From: a virus
IMG/VR virus record: IMGVR_UViG_3300013126_000010
Coordinates: 120,708 to 184,707 of that record
Reading direction: 5' to 3' (one strand)
Length of the DNA: 64,000 bases
The translations under genes and the position numbers were made by a program. The notes under the pieces were generated by a model. That model was not told the DNA's origin, did not search any database, and saw nothing but the letters and a program-made list of their open reading frames with translations. Position 1 is the stretch's first letter. Each line of letters begins with the position of its first letter. Below, piece after piece: positions 47,414-58,176 of the stretch.

Positions 47414-49159
47414 TTACCCATGACATGTTGTACATTCACCTTTGCTAACATTGACACCATTAGAGCTTCTTATATAATATAATGATTTTATATAATCATC
47501 TTTAAATGCTTCTTTATGCACTGCTGAAATATATTCTTCGTCTTCACTCGCTGAGAAAAATAGATTAATACTCTGCGACTGATCTATGTATCGCTGTCTT
47601 GAAGATGCTAATCTAATAATTTGATGTTGGTTTAATTCAAAAGCAGTTTTAAATACTTCCTTTTCTAAATCAGTTAACCAATCAACATGTTGCACGGACC
47701 CTTCATGCGATATAATATCTTTAATTATATCATCATTGAATAAGTTTTTCTCTTTCAATAATTTTAACAAAGATGGATTAACTCTATTCATCTTACCAGC
47801 GGCTGTATTTTGAATGTATGCATTTTTATATATTGGTTCTATTCCCTGTGATACCGAACCACAAATTAATGCCGATGTTAATGTTGGTGGACATGTCATA
47901 CGATGAGTATTACGAACACCATATCCTTTACACCATTCTGGTTCTCCCCAGTTAGTTGCCATCCATTGAGATGCTCTTAATGATTCTTGATCTAGATGTT
48001 TAAAAATTTCAATATTTTTAAGATACGCATCCATTGATTCGAATGGTATCATATTATCTTGTAAGTAAGTATGAAAACCCAAAACTCCTAAACCTAATGC
48101 ACGGGTATCTTCAGCGAAACGAACTATTTTCTCCATTCCTTTTGTTTTTTTACCAATTTCAATCATATCTTGATTGACACAATCTAGGAACACGGTGGCG
48201 TTAAACACTGCATCCGTGTCTTTCCATTCATCATATTTTGCTAGATTCATAGATGATAGTACACATGAAAATGTATATTCTTCATCAGAGAATAACTCAA
48301 TTTCGCTGCAGAGATTACTAGCTTTTACGGTGGCACCACGATCCTTATACATCTGAGGGTTCTGACGATTGACCTTATCAATGAAGTGAAAATAACCCTT
48401 ACCAGTTATCATCTTTAGTTTAAGCGCCTTCTGATAGCGCTCTATGGCGTCAGAATCGCCATTATCAAGTTTACTTATAAATTCATCTGTTATATTCCAC
48501 CCAATATTGGCATCATCAGGGAATTTATAAATATAATTTACTAGTTCAAAAAAATCAGGATGATCTATTTCTATATAACCTGCCCATGCTCCACGTCTTC
48601 CTGTTTGTGATACATCTCTTGATAGTTGAACAAAATCCTTGAACACTGGTAATACCCCAGATGCCTTTCCTTTTATTCCTTGGATCGATGAACCACGAGG
48701 TCTTATACCACCGAGATATCCAGAAGTACCAAACCCATTTTTTGTTAAAACAGCTGCTTCAACTTGTGAAGAATAAAAATCATAAATTGAGTCGGAAATT
48801 ACTCCACCTGAACAGCTCACTGGACAACCGACACCTTTTCCCATATTATCTAACACAGGGGTAGAACCAGCCAACCAACCCTTCCAAAATAATTCAAAGA
48901 ACTTTTGTTCCCATTCTGGCGGGTTTGAAGTAAATGATGCAGCATGTTTAGTTATTCTAGTAAAAAGACTTTTTAAATCTGGAACATCGTCTGAAATCAT
49001 TTTTTCTTTTAGCATTTGCCATGATTGAGTAGTAACCCATTCTGGTAATAACCATTGTTCCTGCAAATCTTTTCGTTCTTCGCTTAATTCATCAAAAATT
49101 GTTTTTTCTCTTACCATAAGTCCTCTGTATTTTACCAAGTAAATCTTTTTTCTTTCCAA
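47414..49159 (-). CDS. nrdA: ribonucleotide reductase alpha subunit (class I, no ATP cone)
   Basis: STPV, SCSG, SNLCSEI, CVLSS, PTLTS, DQSQS, LYY, C-terminal CTTC; true start probably the internal MVREK. Confidence 0.93.
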   Translation of the reverse strand: MERKKIYLVKYRGLMVREKTIFDELSEERKDLQEQWLLPEWVTTQSWQMLKEKMISDDVPDLKSLFTRITKHAASFTSNPPEWEQKFFELFWKGWLAGSTPVLDNMGKGVGCPVSCSGGVISDSIYDFYSSQVEAAVLTKNGFGTSGYLGGIRPRGSSIQGIKGKASGVLPVFKDFVQLSRDVSQTGRRGAWAGYIEIDHPDFFELVNYIYKFPDDANIGWNITDEFISKLDNGDSDAIERYQKALKLKMITGKGYFHFIDKVNRQNPQMYKDRGATVKASNLCSEIELFSDEEYTFSCVLSSMNLAKYDEWKDTDAVFNATVFLDCVNQDMIEIGKKTKGMEKIVRFAEDTRALGLGVLGFHTYLQDNMIPFESMDAYLKNIEIFKHLDQESLRASQWMATNWGEPEWCKGYGVRNTHRMTCPPTLTSALICGSVSQGIEPIYKNAYIQNTAAGKMNRVNPSLLKLLKEKNLFNDDIIKDIISHEGSVQHVDWLTDLEKEVFKTAFELNQHQIIRLASSRQRYIDQSQSINLFFSASEDEEYISAVHKEAFKDDYIKSLYYIRSSNGVNVSKGECTTCHG

Positions 49160-50157
49160 TCACGGGAGTAGTCATTTCCCATTGACGAAAAGAAATCATG
49201 TAGTGTAGTTGATTCTAAATCTTTATAAAACCAATCATGAATTGGATTATAGGTTGGTTTAAATATTGATTTATAACCTAATTGTTTTAAACATATATCT
49301 AATCGTGATTCAACAAACCTAATCAATTGGTTATCAGTTATACCCTTGATAGTACCTTTTTCAAATATTTTTTCAATAATATTTGATTCATGATCAAGTA
49401 TTATTTTTGCAGTATCTTTTAGTTCAGTTTCTAAATAATTTAATTCACTTTCTGATATTTGATTATCTTGAACGGCTTCATTCAATAGAGTTCTGTATAA
49501 CCATGCACCAGCTTGAGAATGTAAAGATTCGTCATTTACTGAAAAATTTATACCGGCATTAACATTTACCAGTTTGTTTTTTCCAACATTATTAAAATGT
49601 TTTAAAAACGCAAATGAACTATAGAGAATAGCTCCTTCTATCATGGAAAAAATTCCAACAGATTTTAGTTTATCTAATAGAGTATCTTTTTTAGATACAC
49701 GTTTTTCTATCCATTCCATTCTATTTTTAAGAATTGGGTCTTTTAAATATTCAAGATAAAATTCGTCAGTATCTAATCCTAATACTTCATTTATTTTATT
49801 ATAAAATGGAGCATGAACATTAAGTTCAAAATATGAAAAACAATTTGCCATACGTTGAATATCTGGTCTAGGAAATATCTTTCCTATGTAGTCTCGCCAA
49901 TATTCATTTCCAACAGATAGTTCATATATGGTAAACAATTTTAATGTTGATACAACTCCGTGATATTCAGCTTCTGAAAAATTGGTCTTCATATCATGTA
50001 GGTCTTTTTCAACTTCAATCTCTGATGGTAACCAGAAGATTGATGCCTGCTGTTCTGCAAATTCAATTGCTTGTTTGTAATCAATTGTGTACGTTGATTT
50101 TGGTTCTAATAATCTAATAGCCATTTTTATCCTTTTTTTGTTTACAATTATCACCAT
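49132..50157 (-). CDS. nrdB: ribonucleotide reductase beta subunit
   Basis: FWLPSEI, ELNVHAPFY, IEGAILYSSF, DESLH, HDFF. Confidence 0.93.
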   Translation of the reverse strand: MVIIVNKKRIKMAIRLLEPKSTYTIDYKQAIEFAEQQASIFWLPSEIEVEKDLHDMKTNFSEAEYHGVVSTLKLFTIYELSVGNEYWRDYIGKIFPRPDIQRMANCFSYFELNVHAPFYNKINEVLGLDTDEFYLEYLKDPILKNRMEWIEKRVSKKDTLLDKLKSVGIFSMIEGAILYSSFAFLKHFNNVGKNKLVNVNAGINFSVNDESLHSQAGAWLYRTLLNEAVQDNQISESELNYLETELKDTAKIILDHESNIIEKIFEKGTIKGITDNQLIRFVESRLDICLKQLGYKSIFKPTYNPIHDWFYKDLESTTLHDFFSSMGNDYSRDWKEKRFTW

Positions 50158-50986
50158 GCCATTTTTTATAATTCATTTTATCTAAAAATTTACCACAGTG
50201 GTCACACGTTATATAGTTATCCTTTTTCCATTCATCTGATAAGATTGTTTCGGTTCGTTTTCTAATAAGTTCTTTTCCTGTTGTTTCTTTCCATTCTGGT
50301 GATAACATAGTATCACTCAATTTTTTAGCGGCAGCTGCTCCAATAGTTTCCTTCCATAATTTATCATTTCTCGTTTTAGATATACCAACGGCTACAGCAT
50401 TCCAGTCGGTTGATTCTACTCTTTTCCTAATAGACTCTTTGCCTATTGTTTCTTTCCATTCTGTTGATTGTTTTGTTTGTGATACTTTTATTCCGGCAGC
50501 TTTGTGGTCTCTTACCTCATTGCATTTTTTTACTTTTTCTAACCCTTTTGTATTTTTCCATTCATCACTATTAACCGTTTCTTTAAATTTTTGCTCACGT
50601 ATCAAATCAGTTCCTCTGATCTTCGCAGTTATTCTCGATTTCCTACCACGCTCTATGAATTTTTCTTTGTTGTCTGGATTATTATAATATTTTTTATAAT
50701 TTTCAGATTGAGAGGTATCACCTCCGTCACCGACTTCTTCGATTAAGTTTGCAAATTCAGATGAATTAACAACATCGTATAATTTTGAATAATATATCGA
50801 AATACTGATAAATTCTTCAATAGTACTGCATTCAGCCAGCACGGTGGTTGATACGTCATTCCCGTGTTGTTGTAGATGTCTAGTCCAATATTTTCCAGAT
50901 CCTCGATATGTGTAAGGGTCTTGTACGGTTTTTCCCAAGTAATTTAGACCAGTTATGTTATGTGTTTTTAAATATAAATAATACAT
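50114..50986 (-). mobile_element. GIY-YIG homing endonuclease upstream of nrdB
   Basis: YYLYLKTHNITGLNYLGKT..GSGKYW; repeated EWKETIG units; terminal CDHC..WHG..C. Confidence 0.85.
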
Positions 50987-51152
50987 TAATTTTCCTAAAA
51001 ATGTATTTATCTTTTGATATATCTATTTCATTCGGTAAATGGAATTCATGATAAGTGATGTATTTACCATTTGAAATTTAGTGATTGTTTAGATTGTAGC
51101 GAAATTTTTTTATAAACGCAAAAAGAGGGCTACAAACGTAGCCCATATAATA

Positions 51153-52868
51153 TTAAAGTGTTTTATATGTGTATGAAAATGTGCATGATTCTGGAACATT
51201 TGTTGCAGACAGCATAACACATCTACCGATAACAGTTCCGTTATATACAACATAAGTAGTTCCATCCCATACATATGCAGTATTTGTGGATAAATCATAA
51301 TAATAGACTGTTGCGTCTTGACTACTTGATGGAAAATCAGCGAAACTATTATAATTAAGAACACGAATGATGTATGTTTTAGCAGTAAATATAACGTCAT
51401 CGAGTGCGCTACCATTTGATGAAAAATCATCAGTTAATGTAACTTGTCTATCACTATTCACATCATAGTAAATCGATAATGATAATTGTCCATTTCTAAC
51501 TTTTTGATATTTAGCTAATGTATAATCTATTGTTATTGTAGAATATCCAAAAGATGGAAATCTCACTATATCAGTATCAGCTGGTATATCAATGCTATGA
51601 AAGGCATTGTCAGTATATGATGCATTCAATAAATTAGGAGTTATATAATCGTATGTTGATGTCACACTGTTTAAAATGTCATCACCATCTCTCATATAAT
51701 CATCCACTAAGTTATCACGCGATATGAACATCAAATAAGGATCGGACACGCTTGGTTTATTGGTTGATCTAAAGTGTCGAACAGTATTCTTAGTACCATA
51801 TAATATAATTTCAAAACTTGATACATTATTGAGTTTAAAATTCTCAAATAAATTATTATGTGAACCAGTTGTGTCACTGTAAATGCCTATACTTAACGGA
51901 TATGACCCACTAACTTCAGTATAACTTAGGGTATTGACCCCAAGTGTGCATGATCTAATATCAAAATTAGTGAATATATTATCAGTAAACTTAGTAGTTG
52001 AGCTAATAGATAGTTCAAAATTTTCTATAGTAATATTATTAAATATGTTGGAGTTAAATGACGCTGTAGCAGGTAATGAAGGTAGGTCAATGGGACTGTA
52101 GAAAAACATGCCTAAACCAAATGGGACTGATAATGCAGTATAGTTGGTATTTTTTATTTTAATATTATTAAATGCACTATTTCTAACAGTATCAACGATC
52201 ATTGGTGTATAATAATATGGTAAACTAATATTATTTACTTCAGAATATATAGAGAAATCAGATAGAACGCAATATTTTGGTTGATTTATTTCATCAACTG
52301 GTACATTTATATTATCACGAACAAAAATAAATTGACCATTTCCGGTAAATTTAAAAATAGTTTTATCAATACCAGCACCAACCAATGTAGTATAACTTGG
52401 TATATAAACTGGTGTGCTTATTGTATACTCACCTGGAAGTACATTTAAGGTGACTCTTGATGTAGGATCACCTATTGTATTAGTATTGGCAAATAACGTA
52501 TATAATGCATTTTGTAATGCTGGACCCTGATCGGTTGGATCATTAGGAATAATTGAAAATTCCAGATTAGAAACCCAATCATCCAATCTATCCTGTAATG
52601 AACGTTTGGTTGATCCACCATTTGGTCTTGTCCATATATACGGGAAGTTTAATTTATATTGATATTGCGCTATTAATTGTAATAGATCATCATGTTCAGT
52701 TAATACCTTTGTATTACCGATTGCAGGTGCACCTTCCGAAACTGAACCATTACCAATAAATAATTCTTGTGAATCAACTGCCCAACCTAATTCTGCTGCA
52801 GATAGTTGTGGTAATTCAGTTCTATTTCCTCTTCTATGTTGTATTTTTGAGATTTGATAAATGCTCAC
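51153..52868 (-). CDS. virion structural protein (baseplate/tail-associated)
   Basis: IQHRRG..LPQL..AELGW.VD..ELFIG N-terminal module; beta-helix-like middle. Confidence 0.65.
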   Translation of the reverse strand: MSIYQISKIQHRRGNRTELPQLSAAELGWAVDSQELFIGNGSVSEGAPAIGNTKVLTEHDDLLQLIAQYQYKLNFPYIWTRPNGGSTKRSLQDRLDDWVSNLEFSIIPNDPTDQGPALQNALYTLFANTNTIGDPTSRVTLNVLPGEYTISTPVYIPSYTTLVGAGIDKTIFKFTGNGQFIFVRDNINVPVDEINQPKYCVLSDFSIYSEVNNISLPYYYTPMIVDTVRNSAFNNIKIKNTNYTALSVPFGLGMFFYSPIDLPSLPATASFNSNIFNNITIENFELSISSTTKFTDNIFTNFDIRSCTLGVNTLSYTEVSGSYPLSIGIYSDTTGSHNNLFENFKLNNVSSFEIILYGTKNTVRHFRSTNKPSVSDPYLMFISRDNLVDDYMRDGDDILNSVTSTYDYITPNLLNASYTDNAFHSIDIPADTDIVRFPSFGYSTITIDYTLAKYQKVRNGQLSLSIYYDVNSDRQVTLTDDFSSNGSALDDVIFTAKTYIIRVLNYNSFADFPSSSQDATVYYYDLSTNTAYVWDGTTYVVYNGTVIGRCVMLSATNVPESCTFSYTYKTL

Positions 52869-52914
52869 GATGTGTTCCTAATACTTATAGTATTATTTAT
52901 CAAATATATAACAT

Positions 52915-52941
52915 AAAAATGCCCACATTAAGTGGGCATTG
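52915..52941 (-). terminator. intrinsic terminator
   Basis: ATGCCCAC/GTGGGCAT hairpin plus U-tract. Confidence 0.7.
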
Positions 52942-52944
52942 TGA

Positions 52945-53523
52945 TTAAACAGTTAATAGTTTTAATTCTTTTTCAAGATTCCTTTTAGCTTTGAGTTCAT
53001 AAAAATCTCTGGCCCAATGAGTATGATAAATGAATGGTCTGTCTAACATTGTTTTTAAAAACCATATTCTATTATATACCCATACAGAATCCGATAAATG
53101 ACTGTACTCTGCTCTTACTTGTTCCGAAGCATAGAGATAAGAGTTGAACTCAAAGCCGAGTCCTGCCAGATCCAAGTCCAGTACATCATATGATTCATGA
53201 CTAGAAGCATTATGTGTCTTTGTATCCATAATGATACGTGATACACGTTCAACATACTGTGGCAATAAAGTTTCAGCATGGTGTCGTAAAAATAAATTAT
53301 TACTTTGTTCTTCATTGTCTTTCCTAGTTGGATCATAAACAGCATCATGATAGAATATTGCCAATTGTTGTGGGACAGATAATTTTATACCATGTCCTGC
53401 TGCTAAACTAAACAGAATGGCAATATGCTCCATTGTATGATAATGTCGGTGCGGTTCACTATATAACGTATTTAATTCTTTTCTATGTTCAGGTTTTATC
53501 GGTAGTCTCATATTTCTCCACAT
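52945..53523 (-). CDS. HD-superfamily phosphohydrolase
   Basis: YSEPHRHYHT..H, FYHDAVYD, LDLDLA.LG. Confidence 0.85.
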   Translation of the reverse strand: MWRNMRLPIKPEHRKELNTLYSEPHRHYHTMEHIAILFSLAAGHGIKLSVPQQLAIFYHDAVYDPTRKDNEEQSNNLFLRHHAETLLPQYVERVSRIIMDTKTHNASSHESYDVLDLDLAGLGFEFNSYLYASEQVRAEYSHLSDSVWVYNRIWFLKTMLDRPFIYHTHWARDFYELKAKRNLEKELKLLTV

Positions 53524-54001
53524 TGATAATAGAAGGTAATTGATACATTCTAAATTTTAATTTAACTTCATCACCATCTTCTTTGGTTGGAGATAACCCC
53601 GGTAGAAATGGTTCAAATTCTGATTTTTCAATTTCAACATATTCTCCATTAGTATCATTCCTAACATACGATGCTTCACCTACTTTATGATGCTCGATGA
53701 CTTTCAAATATCGAGTTCCTTTATGTTCCACCCAGTGTTCATCTATGTTAGTACCCCACGGTAAGCCAGAAGATTTGAACGATGGCTCTTTACCACTCTC
53801 CAATAATAATTGATTCATTCTATCTTCATAATTTACATTTACTTCCACTATAGTAGTTTGTAATTTATAAACTGTTCCGAGAGTATTTGTCAATTCTTTT
53901 GATTTGTCTTTTTTGGTTAATTTAACCTCCGTCATGGTTGATAATACCAGTTTTGTTGGTTCGGTGATTGAATCTATTATTTCAACTATTTTGTTTGTCA
54001 T
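53489..54001 (-). CDS. hypothetical protein
   Basis: 170-aa ORF. Confidence 0.6.
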   Translation of the reverse strand: MTNKIVEIIDSITEPTKLVLSTMTEVKLTKKDKSKELTNTLGTVYKLQTTIVEVNVNYEDRMNQLLLESGKEPSFKSSGLPWGTNIDEHWVEHKGTRYLKVIEHHKVGEASYVRNDTNGEYVEIEKSEFEPFLPGLSPTKEDGDEVKLKFRMYQLPSIINVEKYETTDKT

Positions 54002-54488
54002 TGGTCATTTCGGTTATATGTTCTAAAACCCAATGAGGCATATCACGATTCTTATAATTTAGTAAATGAGTTTTTTCATTTAGATAATACTGACGATATG
54101 CAACCACTGCATCAGCATGCTTATAATTATCTGGCATTGCCAGTGCAAATGGAGTCATTGGTCCTTTCATAAGCATAAAAGGACGTTGTTTTAGTGATTC
54201 TAATACCCCAGTTCTTTCATACGCATGATGTTTATTATAGCGATAAGTATACTCAATGCATAATTCAGTTGCCAGGGAATGTAACCAATCATAATTATCA
54301 CTGGATTCTCTAACCCATTTTGCGCATTTATGGTTTTCATGCGTTTTCCTTAATGGTCCACCACTTCCTAAAATATGATGTGCAGTTGATAAAAGTTGGC
54401 ACGATTCTAGGATCATTTTGATATTGTGTCGATTTCCGTGATATTGTGCTGCTAATTTTGGGTCAGTGTCTAAAACAAAAATATTCAT
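53982..54488 (-). CDS. pyrimidine-dimer DNA glycosylase-like protein
   Basis: MNIF.LD.DP..AA..H...H..KMILE..QLLSTAH; AMP...DAV.AYR.YY..EK. Confidence 0.75.
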   Translation of the reverse strand: MNIFVLDTDPKLAAQYHGNRHNIKMILESCQLLSTAHHILGSGGPLRKTHENHKCAKWVRESSDNYDWLHSLATELCIEYTYRYNKHHAYERTGVLESLKQRPFMLMKGPMTPFALAMPDNYKHADAVVAYRQYYLNEKTHLLNYKNRDMPHWVLEHITEMTNDKQNS

Positions 54489-54548
54489 AATATGGTATCA
54501 TAGTAAAATAATGTTTAATCATCTTACTATGATACCATATTATGAATA
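54482..54548. repeat. 25-bp perfect inverted repeat overlapping promoter and start codon
   Basis: tattcataatatggtatcatagtaa and its reverse complement, 17-nt loop. Confidence 0.9.
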
Positions 54549-54557
54549 GAATGTCAA

Positions 54558-54980
54558 TCACAGTAAATCTACTATCTGTATGATTGTATTGATTTTTTCT
54601 TGGATAACTTTGTTTTTGAGGCTTAGGTGGAATCCTTGATGAAGTGGTTTAGGAAGATGATCCATTAAAAACCATCCCCATGCCAGATGCTCTAAACTTA
54701 AAGTAGGAATGAATTCATTGTCAACAATACAGAAATAAGTGTGGAAGTTAAATTGGCTATCTGAGCTAACGAACCTATCCAATGGAATAGTTTTCACTAT
54801 TTCAGTATTACCGATCTCTTCATCCAATTCTCTGGTTAAACATGAATAGGTTGATTCATTGCCAAGATTGGTACCACCTGGGATTACAAATTTACCAGCA
54901 TGCTTACCATCACGTTTTTGTAATAATAGAATTCTATGTGTTGAACGTGCAAATATAATAGCACCTGAGCAGTCTATCAT
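54558..54980 (-). CDS. NUDIX hydrolase
   Basis: PGG....ES...CL.RELDEEIG Nudix box. Confidence 0.85.
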   Translation of the reverse strand: MIDCSGAIIFARSTHRILLLQKRDGKHAGKFVIPGGTNLGNESTYSCLTRELDEEIGNTEIVKTIPLDRFVSSDSQFNFHTYFCIVDNEFIPTLSLEHLAWGWFLMDHLPKPLHQGFHLSLKNKVIQEKINTIIQIVDLL

Positions 54981-55651
54981 TTATAAAATTTTTCAACTCT
55001 ATTCCACCATTCATTTGCCCAATGATGAAATTCATCTCCTTCTATAACAAACTCTTGATATTCTAAATTCTGAGTACATAATAAAACAACTCCTGTCTCG
55101 ATTTTAGTTTTAAATAATTCATTATGTGAAAGTGCGTATGCAGAAAGTTGACAGAAATAATCCGAAATCCAATCTTTCTGTTTTAATTTGTTTGATTGTT
55201 TGAAATCCATTATAGCTGGTTTCCCATTCCATATACCAACCATGTCAGTAGTACCAGCATAAAGAGAAGGATAATATAAACTAACTTCTGATCCCCATAT
55301 TTCATTTACATTATGGAATGCATTGTCGATTATAACTTTAGCCATCTTATTAGAATGAATTTTATTAAGATCGTCACCTGGATCTAATAATCTATCTGCT
55401 AATATATAATGTTCTAAAAATGAATGCATTTTAGTTCCGCGACTAGCAGCTTCATTAGTTATTTGTTGAGCTGCTTCTGCTCCTACTCGTTGCTTCCATT
55501 CGAATAATGCTTTTTTTGATTCTTCTGATTTTGTTTTATCTAGTATGGTAGTAACTGATGAAACCCTACTACCATCTGGAGTACAATAATGTCGTGAACC
55601 ATTAACTGTTTTTCGTGTTAATTCTTTATAGTCGTGTCGTCTTGTAATCAT
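54977..55651 (-). CDS. PD-(D/E)XK exonuclease (Cas4/MGME1-like)
   Basis: SVTTIL, RGT.MH, YAGTTD, IMDFKQS, QLSAYA. Confidence 0.85.
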   Translation of the reverse strand: MITRRHDYKELTRKTVNGSRHYCTPDGSRVSSVTTILDKTKSEESKKALFEWKQRVGAEAAQQITNEAASRGTKMHSFLEHYILADRLLDPGDDLNKIHSNKMAKVIIDNAFHNVNEIWGSEVSLYYPSLYAGTTDMVGIWNGKPAIMDFKQSNKLKQKDWISDYFCQLSAYALSHNELFKTKIETGVVLLCTQNLEYQEFVIEGDEFHHWANEWWNRVEKFYK

Positions 55652-55661
55652 GTAATTTAAT

Positions 55662-55690
55662 AAAAAAGGCTGAATATCTCATCAGCCTTT
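55662..55690 (-). terminator. intrinsic terminator
   Basis: AAGGCTGA/TCAGCCTT hairpin plus U-tract. Confidence 0.65.
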
Positions 55691-55695
55691 ATTTA

Positions 55696-56001
55696 TTAAC
55701 CTCGGTTGCGTTTAAGTGTTTTGTTGGCAGCTTGTATTGCAGAACTGTCAATCCCTTTGTCGGTAGATGGTTGCATTCCTACATCACTATTTTCTTTGTT
55801 TTTAACATTTAACGTTAACCCATGCTCATTAAAATCTGCAACTATATGCTGTAATTTTTGAGTAGGGTCATTGTCATATTGATTTTGGAATGATTCATAA
55901 TCGAAAGATTGTCCAGTTAATCGTCCGATTATGTTAGAAATTGCATTCCAGGAAAATTTACCTGATGTATTTTTATTATTTGATTGTGCTTGCAAATTCA
56001 T
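55696..56001 (-). CDS. hypothetical protein
   Basis: ORF in operon. Confidence 0.6.
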   Translation of the reverse strand: MNLQAQSNNKNTSGKFSWNAISNIIGRLTGQSFDYESFQNQYDNDPTQKLQHIVADFNEHGLTLNVKNKENSDVGMQPSTDKGIDSSAIQAANKTLKRNRG

Positions 56002-56039
56002 AAGGACTGATATCAGTGCATTATGATCGACTGTTTCAG

Positions 56040-56963
56040 TTAAACTTTTTTTTTATTTCTCTGAACAGATTCACGTTTAACACGACCAGCTGCTTCTGTA
56101 CCACCAGCTGCTGGAGCTGAAGCACCGAAGGTATCAGATTCTTCACCTTCTAGCCCACTGCTACCAGTCAAATCGGTAGGAGCCGCACCTACATCACCAA
56201 TTGAGTCTTCGCCAGGAGCAGGTTCTGGAGCACCTTCTGCACCCATTGTTGGAGCAGCTTCGCCAGTTAATAATGATACCGCTTGTGCCAATAATTGACG
56301 ATTTTTTTCTAATACTGTGTAGATTTCTTCTAATGCTGGTTTAACTTTGTCGGCAAATTGACCACTGATTTCAGAACCAAGTTCATCACGAATACTATCA
56401 CATAATTCTAATAAACGTTCTGCTTTTAACATTGCAGTATCATCTAACCAACCGGTAACGTCATCAACCATATCACGAGCTGACATAATCAATGCAGCTT
56501 TTTCTTCTTCACCTTCAGTCAAAACTTGTTCAGTTAATGCATAACGTAATACTTCCATGGCTTCTGAAACTGATTCAGTTTTAGCCATTTTAGAAGCAGT
56601 GGCATACATAACTTCTTCACCACGTTTTCCATAACGTTTATTAAAGTCACCTTTAACTTTTTTCATACCTTTAACGTATTTTTCTTTTTTCTTATTTTCT
56701 TTATCAGACATTTTACGTTCAATGAGTGCTTGATCGATAACATCCAATAATGCTCTACCTTTTTGATAGTCATTATTTTCAGTTAATTGATTGAATGGTG
56801 TAGAGGTTTGTAAATGATTTAATTTTGCTACCAATGTTGAACGAGCGGCAGTCAGTTGTTCGGTAGTGAATGAATCAATATTCAATTTTGTGCCAAATTT
56901 ACGAGCAATGTTTTCATTTAATACACGGCTAGATGTTGGTCTATTTAAGTCAGTAATCTTCAT
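56040..56963 (-). CDS. helical protein, possibly head/scaffold-associated
   Basis: acidic low-complexity C-terminus; YVKGMKK..G.RGEEVMYATA motif. Confidence 0.55.
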   Translation of the reverse strand: MKITDLNRPTSSRVLNENIARKFGTKLNIDSFTTEQLTAARSTLVAKLNHLQTSTPFNQLTENNDYQKGRALLDVIDQALIERKMSDKENKKKEKYVKGMKKVKGDFNKRYGKRGEEVMYATASKMAKTESVSEAMEVLRYALTEQVLTEGEEEKAALIMSARDMVDDVTGWLDDTAMLKAERLLELCDSIRDELGSEISGQFADKVKPALEEIYTVLEKNRQLLAQAVSLLTGEAAPTMGAEGAPEPAPGEDSIGDVGAAPTDLTGSSGLEGEESDTFGASAPAAGGTEAAGRVKRESVQRNKKKV

Positions 56964-56995
56964 GGTTATATTCCTAGAAATGTTTTATATATTTA

Positions 56996-57394
56996 TCAAA
57001 AATCAACATTAAGCCGTTTTATAATTTCACGCTTTAATTGTTTTTTCTTATCAGATGCGTTGCTTAGTCTTGAAATAAGTACATCTTTCATAAAGTTATC
57101 AGTAATTTCATTAATTTGATGTTTATAATAACTAACATCAACAGAGCTGCACCAATATTCAAAATCTAATATTTTCATCTCTTCTATTTGTTTAAATCTC
57201 ATTGATGTGTAATATTTAGCAGCCATTATTGCAATAGATTTTAATTTGAAAGTATGGATTATATCTCCATTTAATCTAGATAAATCCCAATGACCAACAT
57301 CATTGATATTGATTTTGAAATTCTTATACAATATCATGTCATCATTTACGACTGTTAATGGGAACACATCTTTAAATTTTGTTTCAGTACTCAT
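56996..57394 (-). CDS. hypothetical protein
   Basis: probable start at internal MSTET. Confidence 0.55.
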   Translation of the reverse strand: MSTETKFKDVFPLTVVNDDMILYKNFKININDVGHWDLSRLNGDIIHTFKLKSIAIMAAKYYTSMRFKQIEEMKILDFEYWCSSVDVSYYKHQINEITDNFMKDVLISRLSNASDKKKQLKREIIKRLNVDF

Positions 57395-57587
57395 TTGCCA
57401 CCACGATAGGATTATGATTATGACCAATTTTTACAACTAAACCTTTACGAATCATATTTTCAATCACCACCCGGTCATGATCAGAATATGATTTTAAATG
57501 TCTTGGTTCAGTCATATTAGTTAAAAGTTTACCTTCCTCATTGGTAGTATAAATTCCAAAACCTTCTATCAAATCACTCACACGCAT
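57384..57587 (-). CDS. hypothetical protein
   Basis: leader MRVSDLIE. Confidence 0.6.
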   Translation of the reverse strand: MRVSDLIEGFGIYTTNEEGKLLTNMTEPRHLKSYSDHDRVVIENMIRKGLVVKIGHNHNPIVVANEY

Positions 57588-57588
57588 G

Positions 57589-58176
57589 TTATAATCCTGC
57601 GATTTGTTTAATGATATTTAATTCATTGTCAGTGGATGCCAATTGAATTTTTTCACCAGCTTTAGGTGATTGTTGCTGTTGACTTCCTTGACTTTGTGAA
57701 CCAGTACCTGGAATAGACCCTGGTAGATTCAATAATGCTTGTTTGTTGACTTCCAATTTCCCGTTATTTCTAGAGAATGCCGCTAATGGCAATTCTTTAG
57801 TTGATTTCATACCATTTGAATCAACTGATGAGACCGTTGCTTTATCTTGATCAACTTGTGACACAGTGTTACTTGTTGGGGTATCTTCTTTAATCTTTTT
57901 CATATTTGGCTCCCACCATTTACCTTTTCCAAAAGCTTCATCAGCTTTTTGTTTTCGAAAATATGTACTATTGCCACTTTTATCATATATTGGTAATGCC
58001 CATTTTCCTGATTTTAATTTTTTAACACCATATGCTGCAGCAGTGTCAGTATCATTTGACGGAACATTATAAAAATAATACCCTTTTAATATTGGCTTAT
58101 TTGATTCTTTTCTATTCCAGTCATCCTCATGTTTCAATTCATGACCAATTTCGTTACGTTTAAAACTTGACACCAT
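57589..58176 (-). CDS. hypothetical protein
   Basis: NEIGHEL.HED motif. Confidence 0.55.
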   Translation of the reverse strand: MVSSFKRNEIGHELKHEDDWNRKESNKPILKGYYFYNVPSNDTDTAAAYGVKKLKSGKWALPIYDKSGNSTYFRKQKADEAFGKGKWWEPNMKKIKEDTPTSNTVSQVDQDKATVSSVDSNGMKSTKELPLAAFSRNNGKLEVNKQALLNLPGSIPGTGSQSQGSQQQQSPKAGEKIQLASTDNELNIIKQIAGL

